Below are positions 48,135 through 59,600 of a stretch of 64,000 bases of DNA, one piece after another. The notes below the pieces were generated by a model. It saw only the letters and a list, made by a program, of their open reading frames with translations. It ran no database searches and was not told the DNA's origin. This DNA is from Marsupella aquatica (taxonomy: Eukaryota; Plantae; Marchantiophyta), in contig OZ316895.1 in the NCBI GenBank assembly GCA_973895155.1, positions 18,547,880 through 18,611,879 of the forward strand, in the 5' to 3' direction. Position numbers and translations under genes: made by a program. Numbering within the stretch: the first letter of the stretch is position 1; the number at the start of each line of letters is the position of its first letter.

Positions 48135-51100
48135 GTGAAGAGTTGCCCGGTTACAGCGACGGTGGGGCAACTGCTGCAGAACAACCCACAGTACAGACGA
48201 CAACTGAGGGAGTTGCTCATGGGTCGCCGAAGGAGAAGACTACCCCGAGTTGGGAGTGCGGACTGCAACATGATATGCGAGGACCTTGGAGCGCCGGACA
48301 TCTCGATCGAAATTAATAACTGTACCATCAAGATGGTTCTTGTAGACGGAAGAGCGGGAGTCAACATCATGACTGAAGAAACGTCAGTCAAGTTAGGATA
48401 CCTCACGTATCAACCCACGGCCCGAGCTATCAGATTAGCAAACGGGGCAAGGGTCCTCCCATTAGGCACGCTCACACGAGTGCTCACTCTGGTGGGAGGG
48501 GTAGAGTTCTATCTCAACTTCTTAGTCATGAGGCCGGTTCATCCCTCCTCTTATCCGGTTCTTCTGGGCAGGCCGTGGCTGTACGGTGGCCGTGTAGTCA
48601 CGGATTGGGGAAAGAAGGAGCTACGGTTCGAGGAACCCACCGTACGGGTATCCTGGGCAATGGACGATTATCAGGGAGAAACCCCACAAGGACCCGAGGA
48701 ATATGATTCGGAGACCTCGGAGGAAGAGGAACTCAATATGATCGAACTCATCTCGTCCCTATCCGAGGAAGATGTCTTCGGAGTTGAAGCAACCCGAGAA
48801 ACACATCTCCTAAATTACCCGAGGGCTGCCATTGAGTCCACCCCAAGTACATCTACTGTCGGGGATGAGGAAACGCACGAACAACTCATCGAGACGGAGG
48901 ACACGGCTCCAGCCAAGCAGGGAGCCGAGGCTACTCCTTCCATTTCAGAGCCTTGTAACCATGAACCAGCCCAACAACCGCCTGAGGCCGAAAACTCGAG
49001 ACCGAGACATAAAAAGCGAGTCTCATGGGATCCGTCCATTCCGCAATTGGAGGAAGTAAACCCCATCCCGAGACCAATCCCGGTCCCACCCATGTACGGA
49101 GGGGTTCGGTTAGCTGAGCTTGACGCGAGCCTGGACCCGAGTCTGCGAAACCAGGTTGAAGTCATCAGGAAGGAGCACTACCGGAAGTACACTATTGGGA
49201 TGGACAAATCTTTTAACCTGGGCCACGCTTTGACGGGGAAGGTTGAAAAAGCCATCCAAGCTTTGCTCAAGGAATATGAAGATGTGTTTGCATGGAGTCA
49301 TCATGATTTAACAGGCGTCTCCCCCGAGTTGGGAGAACACACAATCGATCTGAACCTAGGAGCCCATGCGGTACGACAGCGACAACGTCGCATGAATCCG
49401 AGGTACTCCATCTTAGTGAAGGAGGAAATTGATCGTCTCCTCGCCGCCGATATCATTTACCCGGTAATGGCCAGCGACTGGGTCTCTCCCATTGTCATTG
49501 TACCAAAGAAGGGAGGTACGGATGGAAAACCTAAGATTCGTATCTGTCAGGACTACCGTAAGCTGAATGACGCAACCCGAAAAGACCATTACCCATTACC
49601 ATTCACGGATATGGTTCTAGATATGGTGGCCCGAAATGAAATCTATACATTTCTTGACGGGTATTCAGGTTATAACCAAATCTGGATTCGTCTCGCGGAT
49701 CAGCTCAAAACAACTTTCACTACGGAGTGGGGAACGTTCGCATTTCGGAGGATGCCTTTTGGTCTGTGTAACGCCCCGGCTATGTTTCAGCGCCTTATGA
49801 TGAATATCTTCCACGATTTCCTACGGGAATTTTTGGAGATATTTATCGATGACTTTGCCATCTTCGGAACCGTTGCCATGCACCCCGAACACCTACGACG
49901 AACGTTGCAACGATGCCGAGATGTTAACCTCAAACTACATCCCGCCAAATGCTTCTTCGGGGTAGAGGAGGGGGTGTTACTCGGGCATCGTGTGTCCAAA
50001 CGGGGCATTGAGGTGGACCAAGAGAAAGTTGCGGCCTGGATGGCGGTGGTGTTCCCCTTGGATCAAAAAGCAGTACGATCCTTCTTGGGCTGCGTAGGGT
50101 ATTACCGCCGGTTCATTAAAGACTTTGCTAAAATTGCGTTGCCCTTAACTGAGATGATGAAGAAGGACGCAGCGGTCGAGGAGACACCCCGGAGACGGAT
50201 TGCTTTTGAGGAACTCCGTAAACGACTCACCACCGCGCCTATCATGGTCACCCCAGACTGGAATAAGGAGTTCCACGTGTATGTCGATGTGTCAGGGTTC
50301 TGTATCGGATCCGTACTTAGTCAGCTAGATGAGGATGGACGTGATCACCCCATCTATTTCGCTAGCCGTCAACTATTTGCAGCCGAAAAGAATTATTCCC
50401 CCACTGATCGAGAAGCTTTGGGAATAATCTACTCGTGTAAAAAGTTCCGACACTATCTGCTAGGCTACAAGGTCATTTTCCACACGGATCATGATAGCCT
50501 GAAGTACATGGTCAACAAAGCGGATGTGACAGGACGGATAGCCCGGTGGGTGCTACTTCTCCAGGAATTTCATTACGAAGTTCAGGTTCGGCCAGGAAGG
50601 GTACACCTCAATGCCGATTTCTTTTCACGACTGGACGGCGTACCAGTCGATCAGCCAATTGATGATATTTTTCCGGATGAGGAGTTGTTCCACGTGGGGG
50701 AAGGGACACCAACGTGGTACGGCTCAATAATCACCTTCCTTTTAACGGGCCGCATCCCTGACGGCATCAATCAGGAGGCCGCCGCTGTGTTTTTACGGAA
50801 AGCCGGGCCTTACGTCATGATACAGGGTCACCTACATAAGGAAGGTATTAACGGAAAGTTACGACGCTGCTTAGAGTATAAGGAGACACTTATCGTGATA
50901 CGGGCCCTGCATGAAGAAGAAGCTGGAGGCCATTTCGCGGCAGTTACGATAGCCCGAAAGATTCTGGACTCGGGGTATTGGTGGCCTACGTTGCATCGGG
51001 ATGTACAGTGCTTCATTAAGGGCTGTGACTTGTGTCAGCGAGCGGGGGCCCCGAGGCGGGCTCATCATCACCCGCTCACATCTGTGCTTCCATTGGCACC

Positions 51101-52055
51101 ATTCGAAAAATGGGGAATTGATTATATCGGACCGTTCACTCCCGTTACCCGAAGGCGAAGGTGCAAGTACATCCTATTAGCTATTGATTACTCCACCAAA
51201 TGGGTCCAAGCGCGGGCTACGGTAAAGGACGACGCCGCAACCAGTGCCAGATTCTTATACGAACAGATTTTCACCCGATTCGGACCGCCCTTAGAATTGG
51301 TAAGCGACCGTGGAACCCACTTCCTCAATGACACCGTAGCCCAGCTTACGGAGCGTTACCTAGTCAAGCACCGCAAGACTACCCCATATCATCCTAAAGC
51401 CAACGGGATGGCGGAGAGAGCAAATGGTATCATTGGGAAGATCCTCAACAAAACTGTAGCTGCGCACAAAACGGATTGGGATGATAAGTTGTACGCGGCG
51501 GTGTACTCGTATAATCTAGCTTACAAAACTACTACGAGTCATAGCCCGTACTTTCTGGTGTTCGGCCAACATTCGTTGGTGCCCGTCGAATTTGAAGTGC
51601 ACACTCCACGGGTCAGCATTCGGGATCGCTTACCTGAATCTGAAAGTCTGTCAGACCGAGCTTATCAGATTGAAGCCTTGGAAGAAGCACGGCTACTGGC
51701 AGCTCGACACACCGTGAAGAAACAGGCAACTTCGAAGAAGCAGCACGACAAAGGACTACGGAGGGTCGACGTCGTGGCAGGCGATCTAGTCCTTCTGTAC
51801 GATAGTAGGTACATGCAGTTTCCAGGGAAGCTGCATACCCGGTGGTTGGGGCCCTTCCTTGTCAATCAGATCTACCGAAACGGATCTTTGGAGCTTGCGA
51901 CGTATGCCGGCGATTTACTCCCCACGCGAATCAGCTACGATCGTGTAAAAAAGTACCACCATCAAGACGACGACGCCGATAGCGATGTTCGCGAGGACGC
52001 TTCACAATTAAGCAGGGAGCTATGTGACGCTGCCAGTACGGCGGTTAATGAGTGA
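48135..52055 (+). CDS. pol: Family A pol, 1306 open codons (PR-RT-RH-INT)
   Basis: LVDGRAG, HYPLPFTD, FIDDF, VYVDVS, HHCC and DDE integrase motifs; stop lies inside the 3' LTR. Confidence 0.95.
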   Translation: MKSCPVTATVGQLLQNNPQYRRQLRELLMGRRRRRLPRVGSADCNMICEDLGAPDISIEINNCTIKMVLVDGRAGVNIMTEETSVKLGYLTYQPTARAIRLANGARVLPLGTLTRVLTLVGGVEFYLNFLVMRPVHPSSYPVLLGRPWLYGGRVVTDWGKKELRFEEPTVRVSWAMDDYQGETPQGPEEYDSETSEEEELNMIELISSLSEEDVFGVEATRETHLLNYPRAAIESTPSTSTVGDEETHEQLIETEDTAPAKQGAEATPSISEPCNHEPAQQPPEAENSRPRHKKRVSWDPSIPQLEEVNPIPRPIPVPPMYGGVRLAELDASLDPSLRNQVEVIRKEHYRKYTIGMDKSFNLGHALTGKVEKAIQALLKEYEDVFAWSHHDLTGVSPELGEHTIDLNLGAHAVRQRQRRMNPRYSILVKEEIDRLLAADIIYPVMASDWVSPIVIVPKKGGTDGKPKIRICQDYRKLNDATRKDHYPLPFTDMVLDMVARNEIYTFLDGYSGYNQIWIRLADQLKTTFTTEWGTFAFRRMPFGLCNAPAMFQRLMMNIFHDFLREFLEIFIDDFAIFGTVAMHPEHLRRTLQRCRDVNLKLHPAKCFFGVEEGVLLGHRVSKRGIEVDQEKVAAWMAVVFPLDQKAVRSFLGCVGYYRRFIKDFAKIALPLTEMMKKDAAVEETPRRRIAFEELRKRLTTAPIMVTPDWNKEFHVYVDVSGFCIGSVLSQLDEDGRDHPIYFASRQLFAAEKNYSPTDREALGIIYSCKKFRHYLLGYKVIFHTDHDSLKYMVNKADVTGRIARWVLLLQEFHYEVQVRPGRVHLNADFFSRLDGVPVDQPIDDIFPDEELFHVGEGTPTWYGSIITFLLTGRIPDGINQEAAAVFLRKAGPYVMIQGHLHKEGINGKLRRCLEYKETLIVIRALHEEEAGGHFAAVTIARKILDSGYWWPTLHRDVQCFIKGCDLCQRAGAPRRAHHHPLTSVLPLAPFEKWGIDYIGPFTPVTRRRRCKYILLAIDYSTKWVQARATVKDDAATSARFLYEQIFTRFGPPLELVSDRGTHFLNDTVAQLTERYLVKHRKTTPYHPKANGMAERANGIIGKILNKTVAAHKTDWDDKLYAAVYSYNLAYKTTTSHSPYFLVFGQHSLVPVEFEVHTPRVSIRDRLPESESLSDRAYQIEALEEARLLAARHTVKKQATSKKQHDKGLRRVDVVAGDLVLLYDSRYMQFPGKLHTRWLGPFLVNQIYRNGSLELATYAGDLLPTRISYDRVKKYHHQDDDADSDVREDASQLSRELCDAASTAVNE

Positions 52056-55000
52056 TTCAGTCTAACTGCGCTCGGCACGCGCATTAGGTGGGTCTTAGGC
52101 CGCTATTATTAGCATAACGATAGTATTTAGGTAATCATTAGGGGTAGGACATCATTAGGCAATAAGGGGGACTTCAGGTTCGGGCTGGCGGCGGGTCGCT
52201 ATTCGCACACCCGGGTTACGAGCGTGGAGGGGCCCCTCCCTCGGGTCCGTATAACGAACTTAAGGAAGCGGCCACTGACGCACGCTGACTCAGACCGGCG
52301 GAGTGGCCGGTACACCACAAGCGTGAGCGGTTCAACCTATGGGTGTCAAGGAGACGTCGGGGATCGACAAGCCCTCAAAGTATAAAAGGGGAGCCAACCC
52401 TTTGTAGTGCACCAGTCCATCAGTCCGCGCGCCAGCTTCGACCCCAGCTCTCTCGTTCTCTCTAGGTCGCCACTACTATCTCCTCTGAATGTCGCACACG
52501 ATCCTCTCCAGCTCGGCCATTCAATTCTGGACGCAGTTCCTATCTACCGGAAGGCACTTGGCCGATTCATTGAAACACGCCAACCCGCGCCGATACGAGA
52601 TCGAACGCGAATACGAGAGAGCCATCCGCCTAGCAGGACGACACCACTACGTCCTTAACTTTGACTACCCATCTCAGAGCGAGCTTTACCGACCAGCTGA
52701 GGTATCTGGGTACTTCTTCAACGGAGACAAATATATCGGGTTCTTGGAAGCATTGCTTCGGCTTCCGGACGAGGTCTTCAATATCCCGGGTACAATTGAC
52801 CTGCAGCGACATCACTTTGACCACATCCCTGCCCAGGTTCGGGCTGTCATTAATGGCGAGTCCAGTACCAACCATTCGACAAGGGCGTCCGCACTCGCTT
52901 CGGAGAACTTCTACCAGCACCTACAGAGCTTCATGGGAACTCGACCATCAACCAACATGACCAACTCAGCCGGACCCGTACCCGTACCCGTGCCCATGCA
53001 ACCTCAGCTTCAGCTTCAGCCTCAGCCGCGGCCTAGCCAAACCCCACCACCTATCACCCAGCCAGCACAGGTACACTCCGTCATCAACGCTGTGGATCTT
53101 AGCGATGACGACGAGGCTACCCCACCCTTGACCAGGCGGCCCAGAGGAACAAGCGCTCGGGGGGCCGACACTATATCGTCCCCACCCCCTGCTCTGACCC
53201 CAGGAGCGGCCCCAGCAGACAACATGGTGACCGTGGCCGCCCCGGGCCCGTTACCAACCGCAGTGGCACTCCCCAGGCCCGATCGGGAGGATGGGGAAGT
53301 ATCACCTTCCCCGAGTCAGTCACGGGGAAAGAAGAGGAAGGAATCCGCCAGTGCATCCGGGTTACCGTTGGCCACGGTAGCCGTAGCCAAGGTAACGATG
53401 CATCGCATGGGGGAAAACGTTCAGAGCAACATCCTCCATCCCAAGCATGCGGTGTACCTGAAGACTCAGGGATTTGAGCACCTCGCCTCTCTCCCCTGGA
53501 ACACTTGCAGGTACTACGGGGAGGACATGACAGAATTCGTCAAGAATTATGACGACGTACGTCAACAGACTCGGCTGCGGGGAAGGAATATGTCCCTCAC
53601 AGAAGAACGGCTCAAGATGATCTTCGGGTTACCCGAAGGTGACCATCGAGTCGAATCACGGGCTCCCGGGGGCAAGGGGGCCAAGTACCAATCTTCAAGT
53701 TTTCCCTCAGAGGGATCAGTGGACAACGGGTTCGTGATGAGGACCTGCCTCATGCCCGAGATAGCTGAGCGGCTGGAGTTCCAGAGGTACGCTCTCCACA
53801 TGATGGAACCCCGGGGGGAGATCTCCGCCGCCCAGGTCATCCAGGTCGAGAACTATCGACCTAGGAAATGGGCGTCGTACTTCGCTAAGAAATTCCATGA
53901 AGAGATGGAGCGGCGAAGGGAGACGCTGTACATTGGCGGGAAAGCGTATTTCGCTAGCCACATCGAAATCATTCTTGAGTGGTACGCCCGGTTTGATCGA
54001 CGAACCCTTCCCCGCATCAACGTTACAAAGCTGGTCCCAGCTAGGTGGGTTTTTCCGGCATTGGAGAGACGGCCCCAACCCGAGGCCCGAAGTCCAGTGG
54101 ACACGCCAGCTTCACCTACCCCACCTCCACAAATAGCTGTAATCGTAATCGAGGAGGCGCCGGAGGGGTCGGTCGTCGCAACCGTTGATGCGACCCAACT
54201 AGCCGGGCTAAGTACAGAAGTTGGTACGGCATAGGTCTTACCCGAACCCGGGTCTCCCAAGGACCCGCCGGTGGCAATTCCGGAGAACCGGACATCGCTG
54301 CAGGAGGACACTCCAGCCCCTTCCAATGTTATGTCCCCAGGGCTGGACGTCACTGCCCCGGCCCCTGCGCGTGTTGATGTCTGCCCGTGCCCAAATCCGG
54401 ATAGGCACAACTTGGACCACCCGGAACTCTTCGTACAGGGTACGTTTCTGAACGGGCTTCTGGGAGATTTCTCTCATCAAATTGCCCGGGATACCGGGGA
54501 GTTCATGGCCCGGAAGGTAGCCTGTTTCTTCAATCAGGAGTTGGTTGCCGCCGTAAAGGCAGGTCGGGCCCAGTCGGAGGCCCTTCAGAGGATAGAGCGG
54601 TACCGGGTGGAGTCCGTGTACCTAAAGAACGAAGTGGCGGCTCAAGAGGCTGAGCTTCTGCAACTACGACCCAAGGTTGCAGCCGCCGATGAGTTGTTAG
54701 CAAAGGCGTACGCTCTTACCGCCCTAGCCGAACAGGCCAAAGCTGGGAACGAGGCCGAGATTACACGACTCCGGAACCAGATTGACAGTTTGAAGAAACA
54801 AGCTGTCACCTGGCAGAAAGACCTGGAGGAGGCCGAGGAGCGAGCCCAGCGGGACGCGACGGAGATAGTCACGCTGCAGGCCGAGATGGCGTGGCTCCAA
54901 ACCGAGGCCGAGAAGCAGGACCAGCTGGCGAGTAAACTGACGAGCGACGCCCAGCAGCTGGAGGAGGCATGTCAGGAGGCAGCAGAGGAGACGGACGCGG

Positions 55001-56026
55001 CGAGGCGAGAGAACGAATCTCTGCTGGACCAGGTCCAGCTCCTCAAAGCGGACAATGACAGGCTTCGAAGGCAGCGGGATGGCCGTTCCCATTCGGGCGG
55101 CTCTGGCAAGCGTGCCAGGCATTAGCGGCGGAGTAGGAATAGATTAGGATTAGGATTGGCTTAGTCAGGCTCTTGGGACAGGCACCTGCCTTAGGTACAG
55201 CAGCGCTGCCCTGCTGTCCAGCCTGCGTAGATTAGGATCTTCTAATAAGACACAGCCGTTTTCCGGCCTGACTGTCAGCTTAGTTAGGACCTTGGTCAGC
55301 GGATCTTCGGCGGGAGGACGCCCCGTTCCTCGGCTCTTAGTATTTAGTGCACCCCTCGGTAGAGGCAAGGGGGGGGGTTTTTAGTTTCAGAGTCGGACAT
55401 CCGCGGGACATGCGGGGAGTCCCGACCTCTGGGAATGACAGAGTACCAAGGGGAGGGGGTAGGACTAAGCTCGCCGGGCGAGTGCGGAGCCGGGCTCCGT
55501 TGTAGTGTGCACCCTTGGCCTTGAACCTGTGCATTCCAGGGCTGTCGTGTCAACTAAGTGTACGCATATGTTCCCTTTGTAGTAAAATCCTTTCCCATCA
55601 TTTTTCCTTCATGTAAATCGAGATTGTATGCATGTGTGCGCATATGTGTGTGGGTTTCTCGTATATGGGTGGCAGCGCCGGGCCGAACGCACTACCCGAG
55701 ACGTGCACAGGGTGTAGTCTGCGGGTAAGTGGTTGCGAGCATGGGTTGAGGACCTGTATCATTGAATCCGGATCGAAGGCGGACAGCACGAAGGCTTAGA
55801 AGCCCTTAAGCCCGGGTCGATCCTGCTATCGACTAAGGTACGTTCCGGCGGCGGAACACAAACCATACCTAGGAGGTGTCTGTATTTAGCAGTATGCGCA
55901 CTTAGCGCTAGTTTACGAGAATAAGGTGCATTACGTGCTTCCCTTCCTGCCCGAACCCTCAGATTTACGAGGGATGTGCCCGTCTAAGCTGAAGTCTGAG
56001 TTAAGGCCGAAGCCTACGACGTGACA
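52023..56026 (+). repeat. Family A 3' LTR (4004 bp)
   Basis: Follows PPT 52010-52019; TG..CA ends. Confidence 0.95.
52489..55125 (+). pseudogene. Family A LTR gene (878 codons), single in-frame stop
   Basis: 581-aa and 284-aa ORFs in one frame, separated by TAG at 54232. Confidence 0.9.
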
Positions 56027-56608
56027 TTTGTTCTCCTTGAACCGAAGTTGTCCCAACTTCAGCACTGCTAGCTCTGAGGTTCCAATAGGTCAAAACTCCT
56101 TGACAAATAGCATTTTGGAGGAATGCCAGATGGCTTGATCTTCCACATTCAATGCTTTGTACCAAGGCCTAGCCTCACCCTTGAACAGGTCGGGAAGAAT
56201 TTGCATCTTGATGGCTGATTCTCCATTTGCTGCAGTGGTTCCCTCAAAGTCATCCAACCATTTGTCTGGATCCTCATCTCCTCTCCCATGAAATGCCTTG
56301 TAATGAATGCGCGACCGTTGGCTCAGTGTGGTTCCTGGCCTCTCTTCTGGCCGTGCCTCCGGTTCCCCCATGTCGGTTGGGGACTTACTTCTCCTTACCG
56401 ACTCCTCTTATGGTATTTCTTCTTCGATGCCACTTTCAGTTACGGAGCTACTAGCTCTTTTTGCCCCTCTCAGTCGTTGTGTATCATGCCACTCGGCAAG
56501 CTGCTGCAGACAAGCTCTCTCCCGTTGAATCGCTCTTTCCTCCCTCGGCGTAGGTTCAGTCATTACCTACGCTTCCTTCCTTACTTCATATCTCACGGCT
56601 TAAAAAAT

Positions 56609-56628
56609 GCCCCCTCCATCTAGCGCCA
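56609..56628 (-). promoter_or_regulatory. Primer-binding site of the family B element
   Basis: Reverse complement TGGCGCTAGATGGAGGGGGC, 4 nt from the LTR end. Confidence 0.8.
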
Positions 56629-56632
56629 AAAA

Positions 56633-59600
56633 TGTGGTGCGTCCCATGGCTCCCTAAACCCAACAAACCCCCCTGCACAAGCCGATCCCCGTAGGTTTTG
56701 CTCTCGGCAAGGCCGGTTCCGCGGCTCAGCGGCATGGGACGCTGCTAACTTCATTCTACTAACATTTTACACACATATACTGGACAGATCCTTCATCGGG
56801 TCATGAGATACGTAGCTGACCTCTTCTATGTCTTCCCTTGGCCTCCTCTCTTGGTCTTCCTTTAGGTATGTTTGGATTCCGCCGTCAGAATGATCCCCAA
56901 TTGGCTTGGGTAAACCGCTAAGACCTCTCTCAGCTCGACACATCCAACTCTTACTACCTTGCTTACTCCCTTCTTGGTTGATGTGGGCAATTTTCAAACA
57001 AGTTAATGCGACACACAAATAGCAAAATGACTCCTTCTGACTGAGTTATACCATGCACTTGCCATACAAACAGTACTTCTCATACACAAGATCTGCGAAC
57101 TAAGCCGTGAGGCCAACTCTATTCATCTCTTAGGCATGAGGAAACATCAATATACACAAGGGTCACCGTATAACTAACCAAGAGCTTCTTTTACTATTTG
57201 ATCCCAGCCCTGCTGGTGCACTAAAAACTTGCTAAAGAAGAAGGCCCTAAACTCCCCGTTGCCCAGGTACTTATCTTGGCAGTGGATCCACCTAATTCCT
57301 TGCAGCGTAAGCCTAATCTATCCTAATTGTAATCTACCTATGTATAGCAAGGCAGGAGTACAAGTGTTGCTCTTAATTACCAGTGGATCCGCAATCCCAC
57401 TAATCTAAGTGTCAGGGCCGTCTCTTGGTCCTGATCCTAATTCTAAACTTGGAGATCTAAGCCCGCCCTGCCCACTCACGCCTCCTCCCTCCACGTCCGC
57501 CCTCCTTAAAAGGAGTGGCCCTCCACCACCATTGTCCGAGGAACCGTTTAAAGCGGTCTGAAAAACTAGTTTCAACAATGTCTTAGGGACTTACATTTAC
57601 TTTAATATCATGTATTTTTGTTTTCTTAATATGTTTCAATTCGTGTTATGAGGCTCTACTTAACATTAATTCAGTTAATTTTATTTCTTCCTTTCATTCT
57701 TCCTTCCTTTTAAGCTCTGATATAAAGTTCTTTAGGAAAATTTTAAATAAATAGGTCATTTTAAACTGAAGGTTTTAGTAAATCATTCTCATTCATCCAT
57801 TGATAACTTTTAAACAAAGCATAGCATGTTATAAGTGTGTTTAAGACCCATTCTTTATTTCCTTGTTGAAATTCACTCTTCAGCTTTAGGTTTCCATGTA
57901 CTATTCATCTTTGCTTTCATACATATCTCGTTTTTCTGAATTCAAAATTTTGATACTCTTCTTTATTCAAAGATCTCTAAAGTTTAGAGATTACAAACAA
58001 TAATTTTATGTCCTTTGCAGTTTGGTCATTCTTCAGCTGGGATTTCAGCCTCGGTTCAGATCAACTCAGGTCATTCAATTGGGTCAGGTAACGTCAGTCG
58101 TGCTTTCAAGTTCCAATTCTAATCGGGTTGCCCATTGGACTTAGTTTCTTCCAGGATTCGGGGTTCATTCATGGTCGCTTCCAGAATTCCTCAAACTCAT
58201 CCTTGACTTTTTCTTTGAGTTAGGGATCTTTTTTATTTCATGTCTTTAAGTTTTTCCATTTTTCACTTTCGTTATCCACTATAGTTCAATTCAGTTGTCC
58301 TTGACTGAATTCAATTCTTCTTCGTTCCTAATGTTCCCTTCTCTCTTTTCGCCTTTTCACTTTAACATTTACCATCACCCGTTTATTCCCTTTCTTCAAC
58401 CGAAATCCTTTATTCACTCGAAAGCTTTGAACTCAGATTGCGCTCGAACAGTATGTCTCTATGAAGTTTTAAAATTCCCCGTCCACTACTCCCCCGAATT
58501 CGTCTCTTTCTTTTCCTCTGGACTCCCGAGCACACGCCTCTTTTCTCTTTTATGATCTCTCCATAACGCTCTTCCTATCGACAACAACTTCTCATGAACT
58601 CTTCCTCTCCGTCATCCTTATTCCCTTCTTCTCTTGACACTTATCGACTGCCTCCATTAATCCTGTGGTGATGCTCCCTTTCTTTTCATTCTTCTCCGCT
58701 GAAGCTCTTTTCCCTCGAATTGCTTATCATTGCCCGTCTTCCATCTCTCATTTTCGCTGAAGTCCCTTCTTTCTCACAAAAAAAAACTTCTGCCTGACAT
58801 CAAACGAAAATCTCCCTTCCTGGCTCACTCAAAAATTTGCTTATCATCGCCCGATCGTCCCCTCGTTCACATTCAAATCCCTTGTGATCATTCCTTCCAT
58901 TCGGCCGTTTCTCCTTCTTTCACCTATTAACGCGCGACCTCTCCCTGGAGTTTTTATACTGACATGTTCTCCAAAACTTTTCTTCAAAACAAACCACGGA
59001 ATCCCAACACCTCTATCTTCTTCTCATTTCACAGCATCACGCCAGCTTCACCTTGTTCACCCGAAAAACCTCTCAACAGCTTCAACGTTCAGCAGCACGC
59101 GTCCCTTGCCATTCTCTCTCCAAAATCTTCTAAAACTATCGTGTGCGTCAGTCTTCACTCGAGAATTCCCTGAAACTCACCATCGCCACCACCAACATTC
59201 ACTGCCACTCTCATCCATTCACGATGCCTCTCCAGATTTCCTTCCCCAATCTCAAATTCCGCCTGCTTCATCCCACTCGCTTGACAGACCAACTCTTTCC
59301 ACAATAATCCCTCGACTCCTTTTTGCAGACACTCGACCGTTTTCCTTTTCCTCCCCTGAACATTCATTGCGCGCGTCACCGTTTCATCCTCATGACCCTT
59401 ATGAATTCGAATCCTCCCAGGTCACCACATGTCACTTCCACAATAAAAGTCTCAATTTTCTTTAACCTAAGCTCCAACTTTCACCCTTTTATTCCTCTCT
59501 TGTCTCACTATTTTTCTTTTAAAGTTCAGTTTGCTCTATTTTTCTCTCCTTCACAAATAGAGAACTTTATCATTTCGAGCCGGACAAAAGCAAGTCGACT

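Larger units (their letters stand above)
41945..56026 (+). mobile_element. Complete Ty3/Gypsy family A element (14082 bp), non-chromovirus-like, no additional RNase H seen
   Basis: Two LTRs, PBS, gag-pol, PPT and perfect TSD TTTGT. Confidence 0.97.
40496..56563 (-). pseudogene. Family B gag, split by the full family A element
   Basis: SQRSRIHY..DPDKWLDDFE..GEARPWY at 56090-56371; S/K-rich tract and zinc knuckles at 40666-41831; probable ATG at 56563. Confidence 0.85.

Noticed and set aside
58884-59465. 193-aa ORF in the 57533-59648 insert
   Set aside because: S/F/P/L-rich product of pyrimidine skew; no domain.
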